Origin: the human T2T-CHM13v2.0 reference genome, Homo sapiens
NCBI RefSeq assembly: GCF_009914755.1
Contig: NC_060928.1
Direction: 5' to 3' (one strand)
Length of the DNA: 64,000 nucleotides
Position numbers and translations under genes: made by a program. This document shows, piece after piece, positions 42,262 to 57,198 of the stretch; position 1 is the stretch's first letter, and each line of letters opens with the position of its first letter. The notes below the pieces were generated by a model. It did no database searches and was not told the origin of the DNA. It worked only from the letters and a program-made list of their open reading frames with translations.

Positions 42262-43170
42262 GAATCAAAACTATAATGAGATACCACTACACTCACCAAA
42301 ACGGCTAAAATTGAAAAGACTGATAACACCAAGTGTTGATGAGGCTGTAGAGCTACTGGAACCCTCAAGTATTGCTGGTGGAAATGTAAAATAGCATAAT
42401 CAGTTTGGAAAAGGTATGGCAATCTCTTTTAAAGCTAAATATACACCCATCCTACAACCCAGCAATTCCAATCCTAGGTATTTACCAGAGAGAATGAAAA
42501 TGTATGTTTACAAAAGATTTGTACAAAAATGTTTACAGTAGCTTTACTCATAATAATTCTAAATTGAAAACAGCCCAGATATGTAACAACAGAAGAGTTT
42601 GTAAACTGTGGTTATATGTGTACAATAAACTACTACTTAGCAATAAAAAGAGGTACTGACATGTACACCACTACGGATAAATTTCAAAAATATTATGCCA
42701 AGTTAAAGCAGACTTACACAAAAAAGCACATGCTATATGGTTCCACTTATACAAAGTTCTAGAACAGGTAAAACTAATCTATGGTGGAAAAAACAAAACA
42801 GTTATTATTCTGTGGGAAGGTATGATGGATTAACTGAGAAGAGACATGAAGGAAATTTCTGGAGTGATGGGAATGTTCTGTATTTTGATAGGAATTTGGA
42901 TTATACAGGCATATATTATCATTAGTGTACTCAATGTACACCTAAGATTTGTGCATTTCATTGTATGTACATTTTACATCAAAAGAAGAAAAACTATAAA
43001 GAAATAATTAATTCTAACTAATGATATGCATGTTGATTGATGGATGGGTATGTGACAAATCAAGTACAGTAAAATATTAATGGTAAGAACTTGGTAGTAA
43101 GTATATGGGCATTGATTCGAAATTCTTTCAAGTTTGCTGTGTGTTTGAAAATTTCATAATAAATTATTGA
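42262..43170 (+). mobile_element. Old L1M (ME-like) ORF2 end and 3' UTR
   Basis: aaaactataatgagataccactac...acccagcaattccaatcctaggtatttacc...ttctggagtgatgggaatgttctgtat. Confidence 0.8.
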
Positions 43171-46100
43171 AGGCCACACTCTCTCTTTATTCTTGCACAA
43201 AATATCTCCTTGCTTTTCACCACGTAGACTCACAGGCCACAGGTAGCTGTTACCTTAGGGTAATGAGGTCCTGAGGAATGGAGCCCGGTTCACATTAATT
43301 TTCCAATTCAAGCCAAAAGAAGCACTGTCCTCACACGGAAAGGGCAAGAGTTCTGGAATTAAAACTGTTTCATCAAATTTCAACCAAAATCCAATTTTGC
43401 TTTGAGGAGGCCTCTAGCCAGAGCATTTACTTCATGGAGGAAAGCCAGCAAGCTATTCCTAGGTGTGACTTCACAACCTGCCCTCCTTTTCCTTCTCTCA
43501 TGACAGTCCTTTCCTCTTTTAATTCCCTTTTTCTGACTAATCAAATATCCCTTACAATTACTTTAATTACAATCACTTATAATTACAACATTGTCATGTG
43601 CATGACACATGACAAGCAATATAATTTATTAATATATTAAGTCACTGGTTTTTTGTTGTTGTTCAAAATGTAGCTTTGTGGAAACCATCATGTCTTATTT
43701 CAGACAAGACCTTAGAGATGTTCTAGTCTTCATTTATAGGCAAATTCTGAGAAGCAGAGACCTGACAGCCTGCTGAAGTCACACAGCAGTGCTGCGGCTC
43801 TGCACAGGCACTGTGCTCCTGAGTTCCTTGCTGCTCTTTTCTACAAATGTACTGCTTTTCCCAGTGCCATGTACACCTCATGAGTACTGGAAATTCCTCT
43901 GAAACTTGGCTGGTCACACTGGTGAGATACGCACGTTTCCCTGACACTTGCATTTTAAGCCAGCAATCCTGCCCCTTGTTGTCATTTAATGTGCTGATGC
44001 AGCTGTTTCGACTTCCCCCTTTGTAACTAGAATTAGCTTTCGACAGAGGAGTTAAATTCCCAAAGTAGCATTTTCTTCCTTGCTGGGCTCTTTGTTGATT
44101 AGTCCCTGATTTCCCCTGTCCACAAGTGCCACCCATCACCTGTGGACCGTGGAGAAACTATATGCGCTCTAGTAGCGCTAATGGCCTTGCTGGGGCCAGA
44201 AAGCAGATCTTGACATATCAAGGTATTGTCACAGCATACCCTTACAGTCAGGCCATGAGATTACTGAGCAGAACAAGGCCTGAGACTGTTCATAAAGGAG
44301 CAGAGAAAGGCAGCCAAGGTCAGAAAGCAGCAATTTCACATAGATCCTGAAATGGCTCCAATGAAGTCATGTGGACATTGACTTCCAGCTGGCAGTCCTG
44401 AGCCCTTGTTGTCATTTGAGGCACTGAGGTAGCTGTTCTGATTTTCTACCATCACTAAAAAGTGGCCCTTGAACAAGAGTGAAATTCACAAGATAGCACA
44501 AGATAACTCATACCTCAATGCCTTAGAAAAGACAATGCTAGCATCATTTATTTTTATAATTTCCAAGGACATGTATCTATCCCACAAATGAGTCTAAAAA
44601 TTACAAGAAATCAAACAACATTTTTATTAAAGCTCCATCTAGTCAATAATCTTTGAGGCTTCTCTTTTCTTTGTTCATAATGGGGTAAGAATATAAGCTT
44701 GCATCTTTTACACATTCAAGTGCACTTCACCTATTATTTTGCGGAAGTTGCCAAGGTCTGTTCCTTCTTTATTATGAAAACTATACTTATAACTTAATTT
44801 GTAAATACATATTGATAGTATATAGAATGATTTTTAAGAGCTCTTATTCCTGAGTCACACTATTTTGTGCTTGAATTCCAGTTTGCTCATGAACCTTATT
44901 GTCTTAAGCCTTATTTTTCTTATTTGTAAACAGAGGATAATAATAATATATGTCACAGAGATTTGTCTGAAGATTAACTTAAACACTGTTACAAAACAGC
45001 ACAGCACCTAACATATAAGCTTTCAATAAATGTGAGAAATTGTATTATTTTTGAGATTATTGCATTACCATCATTGGGCTAAACTTTTCCCCAACAGTGT
45101 TTATATAATTTTTTTTTTTTTTTTAGTCAACCCTCATTTCTTCAGAATCACAAAGATAACTTCCTAATGCAGTTTGGGTAAATTGTCTTATTAAAATTCC
45201 TTTTTATCCAAAACTAACTAATATGTTTGCAGTTAATAAAATATTTTCATACATAGGATTCTTCATGTTATTAAAGTTCCCAAAAGCAATAGTAAGTCAT
45301 TACAAGTAATAATAAATGTTTTGCAATAAAGTTCATGAAGAGGTTGAAATGGTCATATTAAACTCATCTAAGACATGAGTGCAAATACTAACATTCCTAT
45401 AGGAAAAAAAATATGAGTAGCTCTAATCCCAAATATTTCACTAGCCTAAAACATTTTCACACATTTATCTTTTAAAAAAAAACCTCATTTTTCATATATC
45501 ATCAGCTTAACACAATTGTGATGACGGTTCATAAAACCAGATTTCTCTACTACTTTAGAGGTTCTACATAGTTGCTCCAGTGAGCCTCTGAAGTGAAGAT
45601 ACAAAAAGAAAATCTAGTTATGGAAACTATGACAGAGAATAAGCCATCTCTTAATTAGAATTGTTGAGTAAGTATTTTCTGTATCCGAAAAGACCCAGGG
45701 GCTTAAAAACATTTGCTTTTCATAACGATAATAAAAACAACTGGCCATACTCAGAGGGTTTACATCCTTCCCATTAATAGGCTACATTCTTCAGAGAGGC
45801 TTCACAAAATTTTAGTTAAAAGATAATCTTAAGCAAAGATGTGTGGCCACATGGCTAAGGCCAACCCTGTGTATGTAATCAGAGTAAATGCCTGACAGGT
45901 GTAACAAAAGCCCCACCTCAGACACAATGGGAGTCAGTTTAGCACACATTTTTTAAGTACCTACTAAGTGCTAGATGCTGTTTTGATGCTAAATGTGCTA
46001 AAATAAGTAAGACTAGCTATTTCTGTCTTCCAAGTGCTTAAGAGTCTAGTGCTAGAAAAAATGTGTAAATAAATGCCTTGACAGTCAGTTAAGATAGGCA

Positions 46101-47397
46101 CTGTGATAGAAGCCAACATAAACCACCAACACCCCCTACCGCTAGCGCACTAATGTATGAATTTCCCTTTAAAAAGATAAAGCTTTACACTGTATTATTG
46201 AAAATAATATTGAAAACAGAAATACTCCAAGAGAAATAAGTGAATGGAAGCCAGGCTAAGGCAGTGGTTTTAAATATGTGCTTCATTAATTTCATGTGCC
46301 TTGGGGGTGCTTCCTTCTTTCAATCAGAGGCTCAGATCTTATCTGTTTTACATATTTGAGCTCTTCCTAAGTTTTATTTTGCAGAATTTCTTTGCTGAAA
46401 AGTAAACATACAACAGCTAAGCAAAAAACAAATAAAGGTCTGAATAACAGTGCCTCTGTGGAAAGAACCTGCTTGTAAACAGGTTCAGATGGAGAGAAGG
46501 ATTAGAGTGCCAAGAAGTGGAGAGAAGCTGTAGAGGGGAGAAGCTGAAGAGGAGAGAAGCTGGAATTAAGGCCATCAGTTCTAGGGTAAAGAGTTATGGA
46601 GCTGGAAAGTAAATAGAAGCTCTTTGGACAAAAACTTCAAATACAATAATTTATATTAATTTCATTACATGTAAGTGAAGAAAACATAAATTATTTCTAA
46701 TTTATTCCTAAAAAGAGTTAAAGAACCAAATGAAACCCAAATTTCAAGTGGCATCTGGTTATCATCTCCTAAAACACATATTCAACATTTTTTTCCGTAA
46801 TACATTCTGCATTAAGACTCAACTCTTCAGTTCTAAATTAAAGGCACTCTGTTGAGTTGTCTCTTACTGACTTACTTTCCCCCTCCCTTATTCTCTGGTC
46901 TTCTTTAACAAAGTATCCTGCCTTATTTGCACCAAGAAATGCTAATAAGTTTCATATATACCTCAGACATATCTTACAGGGTACTGCCCAAAAATCTTTC
47001 TATGTTAATATTTCTCAGACAGTGGTCAGGTTACTAAGGAGATGTAGGGAAATGCCAGGCTCATAGCATCAAGGTCATGTGGGCATGACCTAAAGCAAAA
47101 TGGAACTAGAGAATATTCCTCCTCCACTTCCTGGATCTTCCACCCTTTCTGACCTTCCCATCTTTAAAAGTGTTCTGTGTTATCCACATAAAAAGAGAGT
47201 TAAAGTGATCATCACAGAGCTCTATTGGCAGCCCTGGGCAGATGCTTGCTGGCCTGTATCATACACTGTCAGGGGTAACAGGAGCCAAGAGGAAGTAGCA
47301 GAACAGTAATAACCTCAGCTCTATGTGCGGCACTATATGTTAGGATTGCTTGTATTTGCTGCCAAGTCTAGATTAACTCTAAAAGAAATATAATGTG

Positions 47398-47612
47398 TAA
47401 TTAATAATAATGTATGGTATACCTGAAAGTTGCTGAGAGAAATCTTAAGTAGTCTCATCACACCAGAAAAAAAGCTAACTATGTGAAGTAATGGATATTA
47501 TAATTAGCTCGATAGAGGTAATAATTTTACAATGTGTATACATGTTAACACGCACATTGCACACCTTTATATTTAATTTTTATTTGTGAATTGTACCTCA
47601 ATAAAGCTAGAA
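47398..47612 (+). mobile_element. L1MA9/MB-like 3' end
   Basis: gaaagttgctgagaga...taactatgtgaagtaatgga...tacctcaataaagct. Confidence 0.7.
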
Positions 47613-48118
47613 GATTATACAGTGTGAACTGAATATGTAATTTACATGTAATTTAAATTTTTCTGGTAGACATACTAAAAAAGGTGAAATTAATTTGTGT
47701 AACATAATTTTTATAGAATATTTTATTTAAATAAAATACATCTAAATATTACCACTTCAACATTAATCAATATTTAAAATGAATTAGATATTTTACATTC
47801 TTTTTTGTTCTATCTTCGAAACTCTATATGTATTTTGTTTGTACTTACATACATCACAACTCACATGCTAAATTTTTATCAGAACTACTTAATCTGTATT
47901 TACATTTTATAAAATCATCACTTGAAAAAATAGATTTATATGCCCAAATTTGTTCCAAACATGCTTAAAGGTTTTCCAATAACTGAATTATCAGTTTTTA
48001 AGTTTAAATTAAAATTCATTAAATTTAAATTAAATATTCAGTTCCTTAGTTTCACCAGCCACATTTCAAGGACTGAATAGCCCACATGTGACAAGTGGAT
48101 ACCATATGGGACAGCACA
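47613..48118. mobile_element. hAT-Charlie (MER33/Charlie-like) element
   Basis: cagccacatttcaagg...aatagcccacatgtg...ggacagcaca terminus. Confidence 0.6.
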
Positions 48119-48295
48119 ATAAGTTAAAAAGATCTCTCAAAAGTTGGTTATTTTTAAATAAAGGGAATGGAATAAATCCTTTCAAGATGTGCCAATAAGT
48201 GTAGTGCTCTGAGGGTCACTAATTAATAGAAAAGAGTGGTTAAAACAGTTGGAGTGTTATGACTTGTACTATGTTAGGTAAGCACAGATACTCAC

Positions 48296-48332
48296 ATTTT
48301 GCTTTTTCAGGCATAGCCTCTTCAGTAGTCAT
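48296..48332 (-). CDS. IQCM: First coding exon (coding part) of IQ motif containing M: MTTEEAMPEKAK plus 1 nt
   Basis: Minus strand reads ATG ACT ACT GAA GAG GCT ATG CCT GAA AAA GCA AAA T|gtgagt (strong donor). An in-frame TAA sits 12 nt upstream of the ATG. The phase-1 end joins the GT of the next exon to make TGT (Cys). The protein was recognised from memory. Confidence 0.9.
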
Positions 48333-48380
48333 GAGGGGCAGTTAGAATGATCTTCTTTTTTAAAGTGTGAGCTCCAAGTC
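48333..48380 (-). other. IQCM: 5' UTR portion (48 nt) of the ATG-bearing IQCM exon
   Basis: Candidate acceptor tgtgtttaag|GACTTGG at 48381/48380. The pyrimidine tract is weak, so this boundary is less certain than the donor. Confidence 0.65.
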
Positions 48381-49177
48381 CTTAAACACAGTTACATTAA
48401 GTAATTCAGTGATGATAAATATTTATTTTTAGCTATTTCTTTTGCTCACTCATAGGTAAATAGGGTGAATGATTAAAACTTTTTATATGTCATTTCTGTG
48501 CTCTATAACCTTCAATGCCTTCCCCTCCAAAACACAGTAACAATAGCTAGCATTGGGTAGGGCTCTGCAGTTTATCGAGTACTCATATACACATTGCCTT
48601 ACTGGGTCTAGGCAACCTGATAAGAACTATTATTATGAATATTTGGCAGATGTGGAAATTGGAGCTTAGAGAAGTAAAATAGCTTGTCAAGGTAAGAAGC
48701 TATGTAGTGGCATGTGCAAAACTCAAAAGATGTTTGGGCTCAAGACCCTATGCAGGTCTCTCCGATTTCCTACTACTTTCTACTACTTGCTTTCTTACTA
48801 CTTTCAACTAATATCCAGTTAATACCTGGCACATACCTTATACACTCCTGCCTTCAGCTTAGGTTTATGCCAGCCTTCCACTCAGAATGCCTTGACCTCT
48901 CATCTATATTTATTTATATCCTACCTGCCCTCAAAGCCTAGGTTCAAATCCTACCTCTTCCATGACCACCCAGCCTCTTTTCCTGTGATCTGTTCCTCTC
49001 TTAAATACAGTAGTTATGTTGTCCATGCCTCTCCCTAGAAACTTAACATAAGCTGTCTGTGTAAGGGGCTAAAAACACAGAGTGATCGATATATACTATA
49101 TATCTATATTCCCAATTTTAGTCCTATACATTCCCAGTTAGACTCCAAATGCCTTGAAAACAAAACTATACTTTATA

Positions 49178-49300
49178 CCAGTAGTTCTCAATGCTGGATG
49201 AATATCAGAATCACCTAAGGAGTTTTTAAATATATGTCTAGAGTGGGACCTAGGCATCTGGCATTTTTGAAAGTTTCCCAGAATATTTAAATGTTCAGTT
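49178..49300. mobile_element. MER5-like hAT MITE fragment
   Basis: cagtagttctcaa...atcagaatcacctaaggag. Confidence 0.55.
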
Positions 49301-51330
49301 AGAGGAATGAAGTCTGCCTTGTGCCTCATCCTTCATGGTTCCCAGCTCAGTGCATTGCATTCTAGAGGTGCTCAACAAAGGGCTGATTAATGGGTTCATT
49401 AGCTGAGCCCTTCTACATTTGACATTATCATTACTTCAAAAGCATTATCCAAAATGCATCAAATGTTACCTCTATATCCAAGGAGTCAGTTACACCAGTG
49501 CATACTACTACATGCTCAAATGGCTTTACAATTAGAAATGGGAATATTAAATGCTTTAGCAGAGTTCCATGGAGACCCTTGTTCTAAGATTCTATGTATA
49601 ATTGTTCAGTTGGCAGACTCGACTAACAAACTATGAGTTCAGAATTCAAAACCTATTAAATAATTTGGTAATTATTTCAGTAAATCTGTAAGCCAGCTTT
49701 GCCCTATGAAAGTCAGGACCCTGTAGCCTCATGCTCTTAGATAAAAGGCTACAACACTTTTCCTCAGCTTCTACCCAGAGCGGGGAAAATACCATTGCAG
49801 GTACAGTTTTAAAATAGCAAATCTGGAACATCCAAAAATGATTAATTCTCAAATTGTCAGCATCATCTCATGGGCTAGAGCACAGAACATGTACCTTGTC
49901 TGCCTAGTTCTGCAAATGAACTGGGATAAATTAAAATACTGCATCTCCCTCAGCAATTAACAATCAGAACTCATCTTCTGGCCTGGTTTAACTACACTGT
50001 CTTCTTTAAGTATAAGAAGGAAATAAAAATGTTTTGTGCTCCATCATTTTCTTGTTTTAATTTCCACAGAAATGGACTCTTCTCTGGGTCTGTTGGCTCC
50101 TCCACCTTAATTCAGTGTGCCAGGAGTGTCAGCCTGCATTAAATTGGCTGGAAAGCAAGACATCCCACTGTCCTTTTAATGCAAAAAACTAGCCAAGCAT
50201 CCTAAGGGGTGCTGGCATGGTAATGTCCCTGCAAACTTGAGGTGATGAGGGAGGACTCTGAGACAGGAGCTGGGGGTGTAGAACGGCCAGGAAGGATGGA
50301 ATTGCTTAGAGATGGGCACAATGACACAAAATATCAGCAAATGGGGCCCCTCTCCACTTTAAGTCTCCAGCAGACAGTTACGAGATGCTGAGTCCTTCCT
50401 AATGCATCCATCAATTAATAAAAGCATATTTAGTGCCTGAGCTGTGCAAAGGACTTGCCATTTATTTCAGAAAAAAAAGCCAAAAACATAAATCAAATTT
50501 TAAATAAAGATGCAAACAACATGCAAAAAGTATGCCAGATGTCATAAGGAAATCTGTGAGCTTTGTGAAATAAGTGATATAAATCCGTGAGTACTATGAG
50601 TTCAAATGAAGACAACATCACCGAGGCCTGAGAAGGTGACATAAAAGAGAGTTCAAGAAGAACTGAGCTACTTACACCTGGAAGGGTGAGCACAGGGTTA
50701 ATCAGAACCAAATGCTGGCCAGTACACCCCTGTGGTACTGAATACCAGTCCTGAGTGGATCAGAATGCCTAACTTAAGAGCAGAGAAGACAGAGAGGTGA
50801 GAGAAATAGTACAAGCAAAGGCATGGAGGTGAGAATACTCGTAGTCTGGGGGACATCAAGTTGTGTGTCTGTTTGATTTTAGCAGAGGGCTACATTTTAT
50901 GCTGCTGAAATGGTCAAAGAACTATTGAAAGTTTTTGAACAGGGCATTGACATAACCAACGTTCTAGAATGTAACTTCCATAAAGGCAAAGATTCTGTTT
51001 TCCTCTCTGCAACAAGCCTTGAACAAGGCTTGGTATTTGGAAGGATCTCAAAAAGCATTTGCTATTTGTATAATCAGTAATTATGGCAACAGCATACTGG
51101 ACAAGGATGACCTACCTTCTCACATTTCCTTCAGCACATTTGTGAAAAAGTCCTCTCACCCTTTCTTTTACAGTAGATGCAACTTAAGGCTCTCTGAAAC
51201 GGTTACAGGAATGCTAAGGATTTCTAATTCCATTTCTACATGGATGAAAGACAAACAGAAGTAGAAACTATTTCCCTACCTTATCTTCTTAGCTTGACAT
51301 TCCTAAAGTAGATGACTGATAAGACTTTAA

Positions 51331-51758
<428 letters not shown>

Positions 51759-52914
51759 TCAGCAGTTGATATTATGGCAAATGGAAGTCCTCATTTACTA
51801 CCCCAAACTTTCTCCCCACTGTCCCTCCACCTCAATCCTCCTAACCCTGAATCATACTTTCACCCTTCCCCATTTCTCTGTCTTAGAAATTGTACCTATA
51901 TCTACCTAGTTGCTCAAGCCATAAATCTTTTATTTCTCCTATATTTTTGTCTACCACATCCAATTCATCAAGTCTTCTAGGTTTTTAACTTAAAAATACA
52001 TCTGCTTCTCCCCATCTTAATCTCCCAGCCACAATCATTTCATTCTGGGACTGCTGAAATAGCTTCTTAACTGCTCTCCCAATTTCCTCTCTTTCTCTGC
52101 CAATTCATTCTCCACACAGCAGGAGTGATCTTAATTGTGTATCAGATCATATTATTTCCCTTCCATGGTTTCTGAACTTCATTTAAAATAAAACGTAATC
52201 TCTTGCCCTGAGCTCTTCTCTCTTATGCAACTGAGTATATATGGGTGATAAGCATAGTACTGCCATTCCACAACTCCACACAGAACTGAGCCAGAAGGCT
52301 TGGTTTGACTTCTCTTGGACTTAGTTTTCTCATTTACAAGGTAAAATTTTTGGGCAAGAAGATCTCTAAGACCCCATCAGTTTCTAAAACACTATTATTC
52401 CATTGCTTTTGTGTACTATGCTAAAAAATAGTTGGCTCCAAATCCAAGAAATCAACTGCATGGGCAAGAGTTCGTGCCTCCCTCCTGACCTTCTCTACTT
52501 CACTCTGCGCTCTGTAACTCTGGAGAAGAAAACCAAAAAAAAGGAGTCTAGACCAGGCCACTTCTGGTCATGTCCCTAGTTGCAGGCCTCATCAGGTGTC
52601 TCTCAAGCCTAGGCCACTAGGACCTCCCTCCCAGCTTTTGTCCTAGTCACCCTTCTCTGATAAGTATAAGCCCCCTTCCACTTTTCCTCTACTAAGTCAA
52701 CAAGGACCTTTAGGTTATTTTCTGGATTTTCTTTCTAACTGACTTCTGTCAAGTCTCCTGGTGTCTCTGACCAAATCATCAGATCTGCTAGCACCAAACA
52801 ATAGGAATAAGAAAAGAGAAAGGAGAGCAGGTAAAGAAAACCAAACAGAACAAGTTCCAATGAGGGCCAATATAACAGGACAAATATTAGGCATCTAAAA
52901 TGTGCAAAGGTATA

Positions 52915-53250
52915 CAGTCATTGCTCTGTATATGAAGGATCGATTCCAAGACCCCTGTAGATGTCAAAATCTGCAGATGCTCAAGTCCCTTATGTAAAAT
53001 GCCATAGTATTTGCATATAACCTATGCACACCCTCCCATATAGTTTAAATCATCTCTAGATTATTTATAATGCCTAATGCAATGTAAATGCTATGCAAGT
53101 AGTTCTAACACCATATTGTTTAGGAAATAATGACAAGAAAAAAGTCTGCACATTCAGTACAGACACAATTGTCCATTTTTAAAAAATATTTTCAATCCAT
53201 GTTTAGTTGAATCTACATATGTGGAATCCACGGATACAGAGGTCCAACTA
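52915..53250 (+). mobile_element. Full-length MER2 TcMar-Tigger element
   Basis: gatgctcaagtcccttatgtaaaatg...tttgcatataaccta...gaatccacggatacagagg. Confidence 0.85.
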
Positions 53251-54479
53251 CAGTAGATGATAGGAGAACAAGAAATTTATAATTACATAATTAAACTATA
53301 ATCCAAACTTGTGAGAGGGCCATAAAATGAGTTGGAAAGAAGATACTCTATGAATTTATGATTAATATCAGGCTAGCTAGGAACGCAGGGACCACATGGA
53401 ACAGTGGCAAGCCCATGAAATCATACTCCTTTCCTGATGCAGAAACCTTCCTCTAAATTTCTAATTAATTCAGGTTAATATATTACCCAGAACCAGGAAG
53501 TGGGAAGGAAATAATATAAATGAATCATTAGGATATCACTTTAGCTAACACAAAGCTCAGAGTCTAGGAGCACTGTGATGAGAGCAAACTTGGATTTCAA
53601 TCCTGATTCTGCCATTGCCAAAGTGATCTGAAGCAAACCAATTAACCTCTCTGAATCCTACCTCGTCTAGAAGCAAAAGATTTAAAATAGACCCATAATA
53701 TTAAAAATAGCAGCTTCAACTTATGTTTAAAGAAACTCTGTCTCAGAAGTCAATGAGAATAACAGGTGGAAAGCCTGGCTGCTCTGACTGAAGAGGATCT
53801 CATGGGCTTTCCCTGAACTGCCCATCACTCCCGACTACCTCCCACCCACCTTCAACCCCAGCACTCCAAGTTCAGAGGCACACCATCAATGACTTCAAAG
53901 GTACCTTCTGGATATAAGTTTTCACTATTTCATAAAATAGATATTATGTTCTATTCTTTTATGGGCATGCATGGACACTTACATTAATTAAGATATCTCA
54001 AATATTCCCAGCTTACATGAAATATTTAAATCTTTAAATCACAAAAAAGCAGTTATTAATACATTTCAGTTCTCAACTCATTAAAAAGGAGATGTTAAAC
54101 TGAGAACACTCTCCCATTATACTTTAAAATTCTTACTTTTTTTGGCTAAAATACACTCTTTTTTTCACCTTTTGACTCTCTTAATGGGTAAAACCAACTA
54201 TTCTGAGCCATATTCAACAAGCTATGGAGTTTTTCTGTGATCTTATTTTAGGATTTTGATACTGTTATGTATAAAATATGATTTGGCAATACATGGACAT
54301 GTACATTGAAGGTCACTGAAGATCAAAGCTTACCAACAGATGATGGGCTGGGGTTGGTGAGACAAGACTATCATTCATAGTGGTTAGGTGGAGTAACTTG
54401 GGGGTAAAAAGGAAATGATCAATGTTAGATAGACCCATACTTGAGTAGAGATCAACTACTAGAATAAATCGAAATACTG

Positions 54480-55352
54480 AATTTTAGTCCATGTATCATC
54501 CACAATTATAAGCACAAATGTACCTTATAATATAAAGAACTTTTACAAATCAATGAAAAATACAGGCAGTTGAATATAAAAATAGGCAACAAAATGGGAA
54601 AGAAGCATGTGAAAAGACATTCATTCAAAACTCATTCATCACCCAGGAAACACAAATAAAACCACGACCATCACACTCCCAAAAGAATGGCTTCTTTAAA
54701 AATACCAAATGTTGAGACAGATATAGAACTACTGAAATATTCACACACTGCCTGTTGCAGTGTTAGTTGGTAGTCTTCAGGAAACCATTTGGTATTATCT
54801 TTAAAAATTGAATCCGTACCTAACCATGACCCATCCCTCAGACTCCCAACAGAAAGGCTTATAATGTATACCAAAAGGCACATATAAGAATGATCATAGC
54901 AGTGCTATTTGTAACAGCTAAAAACTAGAAGCAACCCAAATGTCCACTGACAGTAGAATACACAATTTGCATTTTATTTATACAATGGAATATTTCACAT
55001 CAGTGAAAATAAACTGGTATATTCAAAGACATAGTATATTCTCACATATATTATTTTGAAAGAAGCCAGCATAATCAGGACACGGTCTATGTTTTTAATA
55101 ATATAAAGTTCAAAAACAGGCCAAACTTACTAATGACAATAGGAAACAGGATAATAGAGAACTGTGAGGAAAGAGTGCAGGGTCTGAGGTGGGGGGCACA
55201 AGGAGGGCCTCTGGAATACCTTCCAGGGGGTAGGCATTTCTTTATCAGAGGGTGATTATAGAGATGTGTACACTTCGTCAATATTCATTGAGCTATACAC
55301 AGGAATTGTGCACTTTTCTGATTATATGTTATAAATCAGTTACAATTTACTT
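54480..55352 (+). mobile_element. Old L1ME-like 3' fragment
   Basis: aaaaactagaagcaacccaaatgtccac...ataaagttcaaaaacaggccaaact...cattgagctatacac. Confidence 0.75.
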
Positions 55353-57089
55353 AACAGTAATTATATATACTTTATTAATGTTTCAATATAACCTATTAGA
55401 ACCCTGAAAATACTACCCTAGTCATTACAGGTGGTTCCATTTCTCTTCTTACACTCACTCAAAAGAAATATGAAGCATCAAGCTTTGGTAAAAGCCACCA
55501 AGATCTGTGCTGGATTGTAAGCCCCACCAGTGCAGGAACTAGCTGTTTAAATTTCTTTGTCTTCCATAAGCCTGAGCACATGACTAGCCAAGTAATAAAA
55601 CTCTATAAAAACTGTTTATTTGAATTCCTGAAAAGAAGTCCTAAAGCATTAGCATTACAATCTTCTTTGTTTTCTCAGAGTTCCTAATATTTATTTGGAA
55701 ATCCCGCTACTACTGAAATGTATGTATAACCTCTCATGAATTTTTGTAATGTGACTAATGGGCTTTGCTTATTTAATTTTTTCCCTCTTGTTATCTTGAT
55801 AAAATTTTGATAGGAAGACCATAATTATCCAATGAGGAGCTAAGTACTTTGATACAAAGTGAACGGTAATGAAACACACACACACTCTCCAAAAACTGGT
55901 TTCAGAAAAGTTCACATTATTCCACATTTTTCTCACCTGAAATTCCCATTCAGTCATTGAATACAACCCTCATATGCCGAGAGAAAGGCAGAGGTGGGGG
56001 TAATAGAGTGACGCTTTCCTTGAACAAAATGTTAAAATATTAGAAGCTATGTCTTATTGTAAATTTTATTTCTGGGGGATTTCAGTTAGAAATGTATCAG
56101 TTAGGGCATATATGTCCAAGAACAAAAAAGGTAATAAGAGCCTTATTTCCTTAGAACACTACTATATCAGAAATGATTTCAAAATATTTTATGAAGAGTC
56201 CCGTATCAATACATGCAGTTATGCCTTCACTGATAATTGTGGCATGTTGTGACTCTGTTTTTCTTGTGATTTTCACAGATTAAAACAGTGCTGTTATAAA
56301 AGTACATTCTCCCAGTTATTAATCTCACATGCCTTAAATAGAAGCCATTAACATTTTATAAATAACAATAAAGAGAGAAAATTTATAAAGCATTCCCCGC
56401 TGAGATGTTTGGGACACTATGTTAACAGTTAAAGACAACAATGAAAACACCATAAAGTTAATTACAACAAATTAAATACACTAAATTAGAGGCCAAAACT
56501 GTTCAACTGTTCCAATAGAATTATGCTGTGCTTAGAAATAGTGATGTTAAAGAGCAAAATCTAGAAATTTGAGCAAATCATGAAATATTGCAAAATTCTG
56601 GCTTATATTTTCTGTTTTCTTTTTTATCTCTATAAACTTGTAAAAACTAGCTAATATTTACAAGGTCTGAAATGGTTTTGGAGCGTTTATATGTAAGGGA
56701 TAGTTTCAAGGAAAACAACTTTAAAATTGAAAACAATCTTGGGAGTTGATTTGTTTAGCCTCTCATTTCACAGGAGAGGGAAGAGCAACATAGGGCTGTA
56801 AGTGATTTCAGCTTAACACTGGATTTGTGAATGAACTGGAACCAGAATATGGGTTTCCTGATTCCTGATGAAGCAAGAATCCCCCTGATGAAATTCCAGA
56901 ATTTTACCCTCCGTGAATCTCCCCTCCGTGAATTCTTTCTTTACCTTCTGCTCTCTGACTGAACTCTCTTATTCTACTTTGTTCTAACAGAGACAGTATG
57001 ACGTCATGGTGAAGAGCACAGACTTGCTCAGATGGGACTGGGTTCAAGCCCAGGCTTAATCACTTCCTAATCAAGGGCCTTAGGCCTTG

Positions 57090-57198
57090 AGTAATCAATT
57101 CATTCCAGTCTGCCTGAGATTTTCCCGGCTTTAAAACTTAAGGTCCTGAATCCTGGGAGCTGCACAGTCCCAGAAATTAGGACAGCAATTTCCTTAAC
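57090..57198. mobile_element. MER81-like hAT-Blackjack MITE inside a MIR (about 56995-57340)
   Basis: gtctgcctgagattttcccggctttaaaact...cagtcccag...ggacag flanked by MIR halves. Confidence 0.5.

Noticed and set aside
43723-44139. 138-aa minus-strand ORF between IQCM exons
   Set aside because: Non-ATG start, a 3' end in a MIR-like segment, and not needed for the in-frame exon chain.
56907-56933. Short direct repeat ccctccgtgaat x2 (similar 14-bp duplication at about 40621-40646)
   Set aside because: Ordinary slippage micro-duplications with two copies and no spacer structure; not CRISPR-like.
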